A DNA stretch of 63,861 bases, the filler included, from an uncultured bacterium (GTDB taxonomy: Bacteria; DAOPZR01): NCBI GenBank assembly GCA_964637655.1. It is 4 parts of 4 records of this genome, joined end to end, with 100 filler letters (N's around TTAATTAATTAA, not from the genome) between each part and the next. Parts side by side here need not be neighbours in the genome. Positions count along the whole stretch, not along the records: positions 18,706 to 37,231 come from CAZWUZ010000036.1; 3 more parts are not named here. One strand, written 5' to 3'. Below, piece after piece: positions 18,706-27,801 of this stretch. The position numbers and the translations under genes were made by a program. The first letter of the stretch is position 1; each line of letters begins with the position of its first letter. The notes beneath the pieces were generated by a model that was not told the origin of the DNA, searched no databases, and saw only the letters and a program-made list of their open reading frames with translations.

Positions 18706-19047
18706 GCCCGTCGCCACCAGCCAGTCGACGAACCCCGCCTTGATCAGCGGCACCACTGCCGAGCAGCCGATGCCCGCCGGGGTGAGCGCGCCGGCCATGG
18801 ACATGCCGACGGTCGTGTCGTGCGTCAGCATTTTGCGCGTGAAGAGCTGCGCCGCCTCCTTGAGGCGCGCCGAGTTGTAGGCGAGGAAATTCTCGTCGAT
18901 GAGCGCCGCGACGCTCTCGCGCCCGGTGATCCCCTTCGGGATGATGCGCTTGCCCGCGAAATACTGCGCCCGTTTCGGGCATTTCTTCTTCTTCAGCCAG
19001 TCCGGCAGGTCCTGCAGGTTTTCGCGCGTGCGATTCGTCTTCTTCAC
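18706..19047 (-). CDS. Deoxyhypusine-synthase-like (homospermidine synthase-type) protein, 5' part
   Basis: FLAYNSARLKEA, MAGALTPAG, DWLVATG; truncated by the contig end. Confidence 0.85.
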
Positions 19048-19144
19048 GATGCCACCCTCATCCCGCCTCTCCTGTCAGGAGAGGAAAATGCACACCCTAT
19101 TTCCGTCACGGAAACAGCATGATGATACCTCACCGGCGCGGCGG

Positions 19145-19173
19145 TTGTCAAAAATCCGGCCGGGTGCTACAAT
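19145..19173 (+). promoter_or_regulatory. sigma70 promoter
   Basis: TTGTCA-17-TACAAT with extended -10 TG. Confidence 0.65.
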
Positions 19174-19214
19174 TCCCTTCGCGGCGAACACGCCGCGACC
19201 GGAGGAACGGCCCG

Positions 19215-20354
19215 ATGGCACTGAGCCGCACGCAGGTGGCGAAACTGGCAAAACAGCACGGCACCCCGCTGCTGGTCATCGACCATGACGAGGTGCGGCG
19301 CAACTACCGCACCTTCCGCGCCGCCCTGCCGCGCGTGCAGGCCTATTTCGCCATCAAGGCGAATTCCGCCCCCGCCATCGTCGAGACGCTCTATCGCGAA
19401 GGGGCGAGTTTTGACGTCGCCTCCTTCCCCGAATTCATGATCGTCTACCAGCTGATCAAAAAACTCCCGGCGAAGCAGCGGCAGGACTTTATCTGGGACA
19501 AGATCATCTACGCCAACACCATCAAGCAGAAGGAAACGCTGGCCAAACTCAACCGCTATAAGCCGCTCGTGACCTTTGACAATCCCACCGAGCTCGACAA
19601 GATCAAAGCCCATTGTCCGCAGGCGGGCGTGGTGCTGCGTATCGCCGTACCCAATACCGGCTCGATGGTTGAACTCTCGTCGAAATTCGGCGCCGATCCG
19701 GGCGATGCGGTCGATCTCATCCTCGCCGCGCAGGCGCGCGGCCTCGTCGTCGAGGGTCTCAGTTTCCACGTCGGCAGCCAGTGCAACAATTTTGAGAACT
19801 ACATGCAGGCGCTGCAGCTCGCGGCGGGCATCTTCGCCGAGTCGGCGTCGCGCGGGCACCGCATCAAGATTCTCGACATCGGCGGCGGCTTTCCCGTGCG
19901 CTACAACCGCAGCGACCGCGCGTTCCCCGTCCTCGCGCGCAAGCTCAACGCGGAACTCAACCGCCTCTTTGCGCCCGACATCGACATCATCGCCGAGCCG
20001 GGCCGTTTCATGGTCGCCACCGCCGGCACGCTCATCGCCAAGGTCATCGGCAAAGCCGTGCGCGCCGGCAAACCCTGTTACTATCTCGACGACGGGGTCT
20101 ATCATACGTTTTCGGGAATCGTTTTCGACCACTGCCGCTACCCCATCCAGTCGCTCAGGCGGGGGCCGCACGAGGTCTGCGCCGTGTTCGGGCCGACCTG
20201 CGACGCCTTCGACACGATTTCCGTCGCCGAATCACTCCCGGCGCTCGACCTTGACGATATCGTGTACGCGGAAAATATCGGCGCCTACAGCAACGCCTCG
20301 GCAACGTACTTCAACGGGTTCCCGCCGGCCCAGTTACTGCACCTCAACCGCTGA
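19215..20354 (+). CDS. Fold-type III PLP ornithine (or lysine/ornithine) decarboxylase
   Basis: FAIKAN, SKFG, SFHVGSQ, LDIGGG, EPGR, GPTCD, GAY. Confidence 0.92.
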   Translation: MALSRTQVAKLAKQHGTPLLVIDHDEVRRNYRTFRAALPRVQAYFAIKANSAPAIVETLYREGASFDVASFPEFMIVYQLIKKLPAKQRQDFIWDKIIYANTIKQKETLAKLNRYKPLVTFDNPTELDKIKAHCPQAGVVLRIAVPNTGSMVELSSKFGADPGDAVDLILAAQARGLVVEGLSFHVGSQCNNFENYMQALQLAAGIFAESASRGHRIKILDIGGGFPVRYNRSDRAFPVLARKLNAELNRLFAPDIDIIAEPGRFMVATAGTLIAKVIGKAVRAGKPCYYLDDGVYHTFSGIVFDHCRYPIQSLRRGPHEVCAVFGPTCDAFDTISVAESLPALDLDDIVYAENIGAYSNASATYFNGFPPAQLLHLNR

Positions 20355-20370
20355 CCGCCATTGTCGTCGG

Positions 20371-20458
20371 GTCATACCTGATTATCGGGTCATACCCGAA
20401 TTGTGTAATCGGGCATCCAGTCAGCTATGGACCCCCGATTACTGACTTCGGGGGTGAC
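20371..20458. repeat. CGTC/GTC-tagged REP-like palindromic element
   Basis: GTCATACCCGAA...ATCGGG and CCCCCGATT...TTCGGGGGTGAC; 20389-20419 matches 59930-59960 at 26/31. Confidence 0.7.
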
Positions 20459-20465
20459 GCTGCGG

Positions 20466-20682
20466 TCAGGGCCAGGTTACCGGCCAGGCAAACTCGTACT
20501 GCTGCGACCCGCTGTCCGAACGCACACAACGGAATGGGGACACACACTTTCAGAATGCCAGTGCGTATCCCCGGTCACGAAAGTGTGTGTCCCCCTTGGG
20601 CTGTGTGTCCCCTTGGGGCTGTTCAGTGCCAGGTTACGGGCCAGGTAAACTCGTACTGCTGCGACCCGCTGTCCGAACGCAC
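20466..20682. repeat. 60-bp direct duplication of a gene 3' end around a 16-bp inverted repeat
   Basis: 20466-20525 vs 20623-20682 are 57/60 identical; GGGGACACACACTTTC (20536-20551) pairs with GAAAGTGTGTGTCCCC (20579-20594). Confidence 0.9.
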
Positions 20683-22305
20683 CGCAACCGTCCACTTGTC
20701 CACGGTACCGGGCCGGCGCAACAGGGCGAACCGCTCGAACGCGCGCTGCGCTGCCGGCTGCGGCGCGCTCGGACTGTACGACGTGCTGCGGTCGCTGGCG
20801 AAGACCCACAAACGATACTCGCCGCCGGCGGGCAGGTCGTAATCGAGACGGAAATAGGCGGGTTCCCCGGCCGCCAGCTGCGTATCGGGCAGGTCCATCA
20901 CCCGGATGGCGCCATCCGCAAGCGTGAGCAGCGGCTGATTGCTCGCCGCGGAAGCGATGGTGCGGCCGCGGGCCGCATAACTGTACTGCAACCGGTAGTC
21001 ATCCGTACCATCCGCCTCGCGGTCACGCGTGAAGAGCAGGATGCGCCCGTTCTCGTCGAAGCGCCGCGTCGTTACTGACAGCGGCTTTCCCGCCCGCTGC
21101 CGCGTCACCCGCTCGGTGGCGCCATCGCGCACCGTGATCAGGTCGCTGCTGCCGTCACCATCCCGGTCCTCGCTCAGCGTGATCTGGTTGCGCCGTGCCC
21201 CGGTCGTCCGCGCATAGCTCCGTTCCGCCGCGCTGTCACCGTCCGTGTCGAGCGCCGCCGTCACCGTCCGCGCCGTGCCCCGGCGCGTTTCCCGCAGCGT
21301 CACCTGCGCCTCGGCTGTGCTGTCGCCGGTGCATTCTTCGCTGATTGCCTGCAGGGCGCCGCCCGGTGCGTACGCATAGGTCAGCACGGTCGGGTGCATC
21401 TCCGCGGAAAAGACCAGCCGGTTTTCCGTCACCCGCCCGCGCCGGTCATACTGCAGCGTGCGCGTCAGGTCGGGCGTTCCGTCGTTGTCGCGGTCCATCG
21501 TCTCCTGCAGCAGCCGGTTGTTGCGGTATGTCGCCACCACGCGGAAATCGGGGGCCGCGTCACCGCGGTAATCGGCGCCGATGGTCACGGTCTGCTCGCC
21601 GCGGCGGCGTGTCCGCTGCACCGTCACGGAATCGCGGCCGCATTCGCTGAACAGGCCCTGCCACAGATGCGCCTCGGACCAGAGCGGCTGGTCGGGCGTG
21701 AAGAGCAGCGTCTGGAGCGGCAGAAACTCGTCCGGAATGTCGCCGCGCAGCACCTCCGCCCCGTCCTTTTTCGGCACGCTGAACCCGGGCACCAGTCCTT
21801 CCAGTCCGGCCAGTCCGTTGCTCACGGCATGCCGCACCCCGGCAGTGTCGACCAGCACCAGGTGGGGGATGCTCGTCAGGGTGTATTGTTTGGCCAGCGG
21901 CGACTGCCAGTCGATGCCGCGCACGCCGGGCCGGTTGATGTCAATGGTGCGCACCACTACCGCGGGAAAGTCACGGGTCAACTGCTCGAGCTGCGGCGCC
22001 AGTTGCAGGCAGGGACCGCAGAACTCCGAGTAGAAATCGAACAGGGTGAGTTTGCCCGCCACGACGTACGGCGTCAAGTCAAGTTCCATGCCGGGACGCT
22101 GCGCGTTGATGACCGCCACCGGCACCGCCGCCCCCGGGGCCGGCGGCGGCGCGGGCGTGTAGTCGCGGTAGACCAGCGCCGACAGTGCCGCCCGCGCGTT
22201 CGACAGATTGTCGTCCGCCTCCGCCTCCGGCAGCGTGTACGCCGCCAGCGCGGTCAGCAGCACAGTGAGCAACCCAAGGCACAGCCACTGGCGTTGTGTC
22301 AGCAT
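20623..22305 (-). CDS. Secreted thioredoxin-domain protein with DxDxDG beta-repeat C-terminus
   Basis: Signal peptide; FDFYSEFCGPC; DRDNDGTPD, DTDGDS, DRDGDGSSD, DREADGTDD repeats. Confidence 0.75.
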   Translation of the reverse strand: MLTQRQWLCLGLLTVLLTALAAYTLPEAEADDNLSNARAALSALVYRDYTPAPPPAPGAAVPVAVINAQRPGMELDLTPYVVAGKLTLFDFYSEFCGPCLQLAPQLEQLTRDFPAVVVRTIDINRPGVRGIDWQSPLAKQYTLTSIPHLVLVDTAGVRHAVSNGLAGLEGLVPGFSVPKKDGAEVLRGDIPDEFLPLQTLLFTPDQPLWSEAHLWQGLFSECGRDSVTVQRTRRRGEQTVTIGADYRGDAAPDFRVVATYRNNRLLQETMDRDNDGTPDLTRTLQYDRRGRVTENRLVFSAEMHPTVLTYAYAPGGALQAISEECTGDSTAEAQVTLRETRRGTARTVTAALDTDGDSAAERSYARTTGARRNQITLSEDRDGDGSSDLITVRDGATERVTRQRAGKPLSVTTRRFDENGRILLFTRDREADGTDDYRLQYSYAARGRTIASAASNQPLLTLADGAIRVMDLPDTQLAAGEPAYFRLDYDLPAGGEYRLWVFASDRSTSYSPSAPQPAAQRAFERFALLRRPGTVDKWTVAVRSDSGSQQYEFTWPVTWH

Positions 22306-22420
22306 GATCGTTTCGCCTCCTGCTCATCATATCGTAGCACCCGCCACCGGTGCCGTCAAAACACGACGGGCGGCCATCCCTCATCCGGGAACGGCCGCCC
22401 GCCGAAAAGTATCGGTGGTC

Positions 22421-24577
22421 TCAGTGTTCCGGCTTCGTGCAGTACACCGTGCCCGCCGCGCGGAAGATCACCCGCGGTCCGAGCGCCATGATCTTTGCCG
22501 TGTCACGGTCGCGCGCCAGCGCAAAATACGCGTCGCTGCCGATGGTCACCGTGACGATTTCCGCCATGGCCGCCGTGTCCACCAACCCGCTTTCCTGCCA
22601 CACCCCGCCGCGGTAGGTGAACTGACGCCCGGCGATGATGCGCACCGCGTTCCCCTGCAGTTCGTCGTCCACCTTGAAACCCTGCTGGTACTGGTCGATG
22701 CCGCGGCTGGCGTTCACCGCCCCCTCGCCCGACGCGGAGCCGAGATTGCGGCCGTCCGCCATCGTCGTCGCCGGTGCCGCCGCCGGGGCGGGCGCATTGG
22801 CCGCCGACAGCGCACGGAACTCATCGCGGTCGCGCCGCGCCTGTTCGGTCATTCCCGGTTCCAGCACCAGATACGAGGTATAGGGGGTGACGAGCCCGAA
22901 CTCCTTCGCCAGCCCGACCACCTCCTCCTTCAGTTCCGCGCTTTCGCCGTTGCGGCGGATGGCGGCCAGCAGCGTCCCGATGCGCCGCTGCGCCCAGATC
23001 CGCGCGACGAAATCGTGCCGCACCCCGTTCTCCGTGAGCGTGATGCCCGACTCGATGGCCGTGGCGCCGTCGCGCCCCGTGCCGCGCACCGTCACCACCT
23101 GCTCGCCGCTGTGACGGTAGCGTCCCGCCACCACCATCTGCTCGCCGCCGTACAGGTCGGTCAGCGCGGCCGGCTCGACATCGAACGCCCCCGCATCCGC
23201 CAGCCGCAGCGTGGCGTCAAGCAGCAGCGGGTCGGCGAGCATCGCCGTCAGCGCGCTCACCTTCTCCTCGAGGTTGTCATGCGGCCGGATGTACCCCGCG
23301 CGCCCGCGCCGGTCCTGCGCCAGCCCGTCGAGCAGCGTCGTGTTGACGTCGAAGCCGACCCCAAAACTGAACAGGCGGATATTCGCGGGGAGTGACGTGC
23401 CCGCCGCCGCCAGCAGTTTTTCCGCACTCTGCTCGCCCACCGTCGGCTGCCCGTCGGTCACGAACACGAGCAGCGGCAGCCGCGGCGCAGTCGCCGTGTC
23501 GAAACAGGACGCCGCGCGCTGCAGCGCCCCGGCGATGTTGGTTCCGCCCCGCGCCGTCAGTCCGTCAACATACGTCAGCGCCGCACCGCGGCCGTCACCG
23601 GCGCGCTGCAGCCGGTCATGCCAGGCATTGACGCTGCTGGCGAAGGTGATGATGGTGAACCGGTCGTCGTCGCGCAGGCCGTTGAGCGCGCCGCGCAGCG
23701 CGTTCTGCGCCTGCCGCAGTTTTTCGCCCGCCATGCTCCCCGAGACATCGACTGCGAAGACGATGTCGCGCGGCAGGACATCCGCCGCCGCCGCGGCCGC
23801 CGGGTCGAGGGAGAGCAGGAAGTAGCCGGGCTGTCCGTCGCGCCGGTACGACAGCGCGCTCACCCCGAGCCCCTGCTCCGTTGTGCTGTAGTAGAGCGCG
23901 AATTCCTTGTTGGGGCGGACATTGGTCGCCTCGAAACTGACCACCGCGCGCGTTTCGCTCTGCCGGTCGATTTCGATGTCGTGCGACGGCGACCAGATGT
24001 TGCGCAGCGGGCGCTGCGTCTCGATGGTGACGGTCACGCGCACGCTCTGGATGGGCGTCGCTGAGAATTTCTCGGTATCGAGCGGATAGATGTATTCGTA
24101 CGTTCCCGCGCGCCGCTCGAGCACCTGCTGATAGCCGAGCGCGATGCGCTTCTCGCCGTTGGCCGGCACGGGATAGACCCGCGCCTTGAACAGGTTGCGC
24201 CCCGCGTATTCGAGCAGCGCCGGGTCCTGCATGCGCCGCACGATATCCTCGTACACGCGCCGCGCGGCATCCGCCTCGCGCAGTTCCGCCTCCTGCCGCG
24301 TGCCGTCAATCCACATGGCGAACTCGCTGAGCGACGCGCTCTCCGGGATCGGGAAGAGGTAGGTGGCTTCGAGGTCGACGCGATTGCTGTTGGTGAATAC
24401 CTGGTCGATTTTCGTTTGCGCCACGCCCTCATTGATCGACACCTCGACATGGTGATACCTGATGCCGAAGGGTGCCGGGCGCGGCAGGGAAATGGGCGGA
24501 TGCGGGATGAGGATGCCGTCCGCCAGCGCCGCGGAGGAAAGGCATAACAGCAGGAACAGCAGTGAGAAAAGTCGCAT
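22421..24577 (-). CDS. Secreted VIT + VWA domain protein
   Basis: DGILIP N-terminus, LEATYLFP, DPALLEY, DVSGSM MIDAS, TDG, FGLVTPYTS. Confidence 0.9.
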   Translation of the reverse strand: MRLFSLLFLLLCLSSAALADGILIPHPPISLPRPAPFGIRYHHVEVSINEGVAQTKIDQVFTNSNRVDLEATYLFPIPESASLSEFAMWIDGTRQEAELREADAARRVYEDIVRRMQDPALLEYAGRNLFKARVYPVPANGEKRIALGYQQVLERRAGTYEYIYPLDTEKFSATPIQSVRVTVTIETQRPLRNIWSPSHDIEIDRQSETRAVVSFEATNVRPNKEFALYYSTTEQGLGVSALSYRRDGQPGYFLLSLDPAAAAAADVLPRDIVFAVDVSGSMAGEKLRQAQNALRGALNGLRDDDRFTIITFASSVNAWHDRLQRAGDGRGAALTYVDGLTARGGTNIAGALQRAASCFDTATAPRLPLLVFVTDGQPTVGEQSAEKLLAAAGTSLPANIRLFSFGVGFDVNTTLLDGLAQDRRGRAGYIRPHDNLEEKVSALTAMLADPLLLDATLRLADAGAFDVEPAALTDLYGGEQMVVAGRYRHSGEQVVTVRGTGRDGATAIESGITLTENGVRHDFVARIWAQRRIGTLLAAIRRNGESAELKEEVVGLAKEFGLVTPYTSYLVLEPGMTEQARRDRDEFRALSAANAPAPAAAPATTMADGRNLGSASGEGAVNASRGIDQYQQGFKVDDELQGNAVRIIAGRQFTYRGGVWQESGLVDTAAMAEIVTVTIGSDAYFALARDRDTAKIMALGPRVIFRAAGTVYCTKPEH

Positions 24578-24672
24578 GGATGGCCTCGGTAGCAGTAGTT
24601 GGTGACCCCTGTCACCTGTCCGTATAGACATTCCTGCAGCGTAAAAGGTTACCACCAGGACAGTCCCGGCTA

Positions 24673-24790
24673 TGTTCCCCCTCTCCCACAGGGCGAGGAC
24701 GCCGCGCAGCGGCAGGTGAGCTACAGAACCATCCGACTGTGTTCCCCCTCTCCCTCAGGGAGAGGACGCCGCGCAGCGGCAGGTAAGGGG
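24673..24790. repeat. Tandem pair of CCCTCTCCC hairpin repeats
   Basis: Two near-identical units TGTTCCCCCTCTCCC-x-AGGGxGAGGACGCCGCGCAGCGGCAGGTxAG. Confidence 0.8.
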
Positions 24791-24799
24791 CATAATTAT

Positions 24800-25576
24800 T
24801 CAGTTGCCAGCGTCAGCATCCGCGACGTACTCGCGCCCGTTCCACCGCAGCACGCTCATGTACCCCGAGTTGTTGGCAAACCCGATGCTGATGCTGCCGT
24901 CGCCACCACCCATGAGGAACAGATTTTCCGTCACTCCGCGCTTGAGCACCGGGTTCAGGTTGAAGAACAGCCGCACCTGCCGCCCGTCGGCCTGTTCCTC
25001 CGTCACCAGCAGGAACGCCCGGAAGCCGCCACCCGGCTGCGGGCGCGGCGACAGCAGCCCGGCAATCACCAGTTCCTGCCGCCCGTTGCCGTTGCAGTCG
25101 CCGCGCATGACGTAGCGGTTGTTGTTGGCCCGTGCCGCCTGCTGCTCCCCTTCGCCCGCCCAGAGCGCGAGGTCGGCCACCGTCAGCGGCCGCGCCTCGG
25201 GATGGTTCGGCAGGAAACGGATGATGGCGCGCCGCGCTTCCTCATACAGCGCCGCGTCAACCGCCGGCATCTCCGCCACCGGCATTACGGTCGCTGTTTC
25301 TGCCGCCACCGGCAGCACCGGTGCCGGACGCGCAGAGAGCATCCGGCCGTCCTGCGCCCGCACCCACCCGGTCAGCCCGTCAGGCAGAATGACAAAGACC
25401 CAGTCCGTCGCGACCACCGCGCAAATCTCGTCGCACACCGCCTGCCCCTTCACCGGCGCCGTCAGTGCCGGTTCGCTATAGACCTTCGCCACCGGCGCCT
25501 CGACCACAAACAGGTCGGCCGCCGCCGGCAGCGCCCAGACAGCACAGATAAGCACCGATGCAAGTATCGTTTTCAT
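24800..25576 (-). CDS. Secreted hypothetical protein with an SH3b-like N-terminal domain
   Basis: Signal peptide; WVFVILPDGLTGWV; GDCNGNG FG-GAP-like motif. Confidence 0.65.
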   Translation of the reverse strand: MKTILASVLICAVWALPAAADLFVVEAPVAKVYSEPALTAPVKGQAVCDEICAVVATDWVFVILPDGLTGWVRAQDGRMLSARPAPVLPVAAETATVMPVAEMPAVDAALYEEARRAIIRFLPNHPEARPLTVADLALWAGEGEQQAARANNNRYVMRGDCNGNGRQELVIAGLLSPRPQPGGGFRAFLLVTEEQADGRQVRLFFNLNPVLKRGVTENLFLMGGGDGSISIGFANNSGYMSVLRWNGREYVADADAGN

Positions 25577-25660
25577 TTTCTGCTCCTCTATGATCAACCT
25601 GTCAGGACAGTTCCAGCAGCATCCTGTATGAGTACTCTACAATACCCCCATACACAACAC

Positions 25661-27769
25661 TCATACCGGCATTTCTTTCAGCAGTGCACGCACCGCCGGG
25701 GGCACCATCACCACGCTGCGCCCGCGCCACATGCCGGTCACTGCCAGTCCATCGCGCCGCAGTACATCGCAGATCACGATATCCTTCGCCTCGTGCTCGT
25801 AGGTGCGGGTAAAGGAGGTAAACTCCATCGCCCCGTTGTCGGCCGCCACCAGCGCCCTGAGCGCCTCGCGCGCCGGGCCTTCGAGCCGCGTCAGCAGCCG
25901 CTCGACCGCACCCGCCGTCGCCATCAGTTCGCATACCTGCTGCAGCAGTTGCGCCTTACCCAGCTGATACGGCTTGGGCAGTCCCAGCCGCTTTGCCAGT
26001 TCGACCAGCTCCTCCTTGCGATAACCGCCGTAGGCGTGCGCCAGCATACACTTCTCGTCCAGTATGCGACGCCGCGCCTGTTCGCGCTGCCGTTCAGCAC
26101 GCCCGCGCAAATGCCGCAGCAACCGCGCGGTCATCTCCGCCGCCGGTGCATGCTGTGCAAACATTTCCTTCAGCGCCAGCACCCCGGGATGTTCGGGCAT
26201 CAGTTCCTTCGCCTGTTGCCACGAACCTTCCGCGCTTTCGTATTCCCCGTCATGCAATGCCACGCGCGCCTGCAGCAGCAGCCAGCTCAGCATCTCGCTG
26301 ATATGCACCTTCTGCGGCAGGTTCACCCGGCGCATCAGCGCCTTCGCCGCGTCAGGATCGCGTTTCAACTGCAGACTGGCCAGCGTCATCAGTGCGAAGT
26401 TGTACTGCGGGTCGCGCCGCAGCACCTCCTCCAGCACCGCGATTGCCTCATCTTTGCGTCCCTGTTCAACGAGGCAGCCGGCGAGATTGTTGTAGGTGGC
26501 CAGATACGCCGGATCTTTCGCGAGGATTCCGCGCCAGAGCCGCTCCGCCTCCGTCCAGCGCCGCTGCTGCATCGCCTGATGCGCCCTGGCAATGGGCGAC
26601 GCAAGTGCCGGCGGCACCGGCCGGGTCGGCACCCCGGTGATTTCATGGGTTTGCGCGCCGATTTCACGCCACTCCCCCTTGAGCCAAATCCGCATTTTGA
26701 CGGGTGCCCGTTCCAGTTCCTGCAGCGCCTGCAGCGCCTGCATGCGCGCCTCGTCCGGACCGCACACGCCTTCAGCAATCTCGCGCAGCAACGTCACCGC
26801 CTCGTCGCTGCCGATGCGCTGCAGCATGATGATGCCGGATTCCCACAGTTCCTCATCAAGCATGGCCACCGCAAAAAAGACGAGTCCGGGGAGGTTTTCC
26901 GCCTTTTCCTGTTTCTTGTCAAGCTTATGCGCCAGATGCCGCATCACCGGCTCGCACACCACATCCGGTGCCGGGAAATAGGGCCAGTGCCCGCGCAGGG
27001 TGTTCGGACCGCGCTTTCGTCCGAGCAGCGCGATGAAACGCCTGACGCTCGCACGGCATGACGCTTTGCCGCGCGCCTGCTGCAGATACTGCATTGCCTC
27101 ATCATTGCGTCCGAGATTGGCGGCCGCCACCCCGGCGAAATAGTCGAAGTCCGGATCGTTACGCTCCGGCGCCTGTGCACAAGCGGTCAGCACCTCGGCA
27201 TGCCAGTCGAGCCGGGCGAAGGCCTCAACCCGCTTGATCGCCGCCGATTCGTCCTGCGGTTGCATGGCGAGCAGCCGCTTTCCCAGCCGCTCCGCCTCCG
27301 TCCGCGGCCCGCGGATCAGCCGCAGATGCACCAGCAGGCCGTGCGCGTAGATATTGTCCGGCTCGATCTCCCGCAGCGTCTGTTCCGCCTGCGCAATCGC
27401 CCCGCCGAGATTTCCCTGCAGGTATTCGCACAGCGCCAGATTATTGTAGGAGAACGGTGCCGCCGGCAGGAAGGCGATGGCGGCGCGGAACTTTTTCGTC
27501 GCCGCTGCGTAATCGCCATGTTCCATCAGGCGCTGTCCCGCCTGATCCAGCCGCCGGTACTGCGCGGATTTTTCCGCCGCCGTCGCGTTTGCCACCGCTG
27601 CCAGCGACGGCGGTTCCTCTTCGTCGTCCCGCGGCCATGCCGCCACCGGCGTCACCGGCTGCGCGCGTTCCTTGTCCCGGCAGCAGAACTTGTACTTTTT
27701 GCCGCTGCCGCACGGGCACGGGCTGTACGGATCCTCCGGCGGCTCGCCCCACCACGTTGCCGATCCCAT
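25661..27769 (-). CDS. SEC-C motif + TPR protein
   Basis: PCPCGSGKKYKFCC; repeated YNNLA TPR helices. Confidence 0.85.
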   Translation of the reverse strand: MGSATWWGEPPEDPYSPCPCGSGKKYKFCCRDKERAQPVTPVAAWPRDDEEEPPSLAAVANATAAEKSAQYRRLDQAGQRLMEHGDYAAATKKFRAAIAFLPAAPFSYNNLALCEYLQGNLGGAIAQAEQTLREIEPDNIYAHGLLVHLRLIRGPRTEAERLGKRLLAMQPQDESAAIKRVEAFARLDWHAEVLTACAQAPERNDPDFDYFAGVAAANLGRNDEAMQYLQQARGKASCRASVRRFIALLGRKRGPNTLRGHWPYFPAPDVVCEPVMRHLAHKLDKKQEKAENLPGLVFFAVAMLDEELWESGIIMLQRIGSDEAVTLLREIAEGVCGPDEARMQALQALQELERAPVKMRIWLKGEWREIGAQTHEITGVPTRPVPPALASPIARAHQAMQQRRWTEAERLWRGILAKDPAYLATYNNLAGCLVEQGRKDEAIAVLEEVLRRDPQYNFALMTLASLQLKRDPDAAKALMRRVNLPQKVHISEMLSWLLLQARVALHDGEYESAEGSWQQAKELMPEHPGVLALKEMFAQHAPAAEMTARLLRHLRGRAERQREQARRRILDEKCMLAHAYGGYRKEELVELAKRLGLPKPYQLGKAQLLQQVCELMATAGAVERLLTRLEGPAREALRALVAADNGAMEFTSFTRTYEHEAKDIVICDVLRRDGLAVTGMWRGRSVVMVPPAVRALLKEMPV

Positions 27770-27801
27770 CAGTTGCTCCCGTTCCCTCTATTTGCGTAAA
27801 C

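Noticed and set aside
20466..20682. Possible DGR template/variable repeat pair
   Set aside because: Only 3 mismatches, one not at an adenine. The adenines are in the gene copy, which is the wrong polarity, and no reverse transcriptase is in the window.
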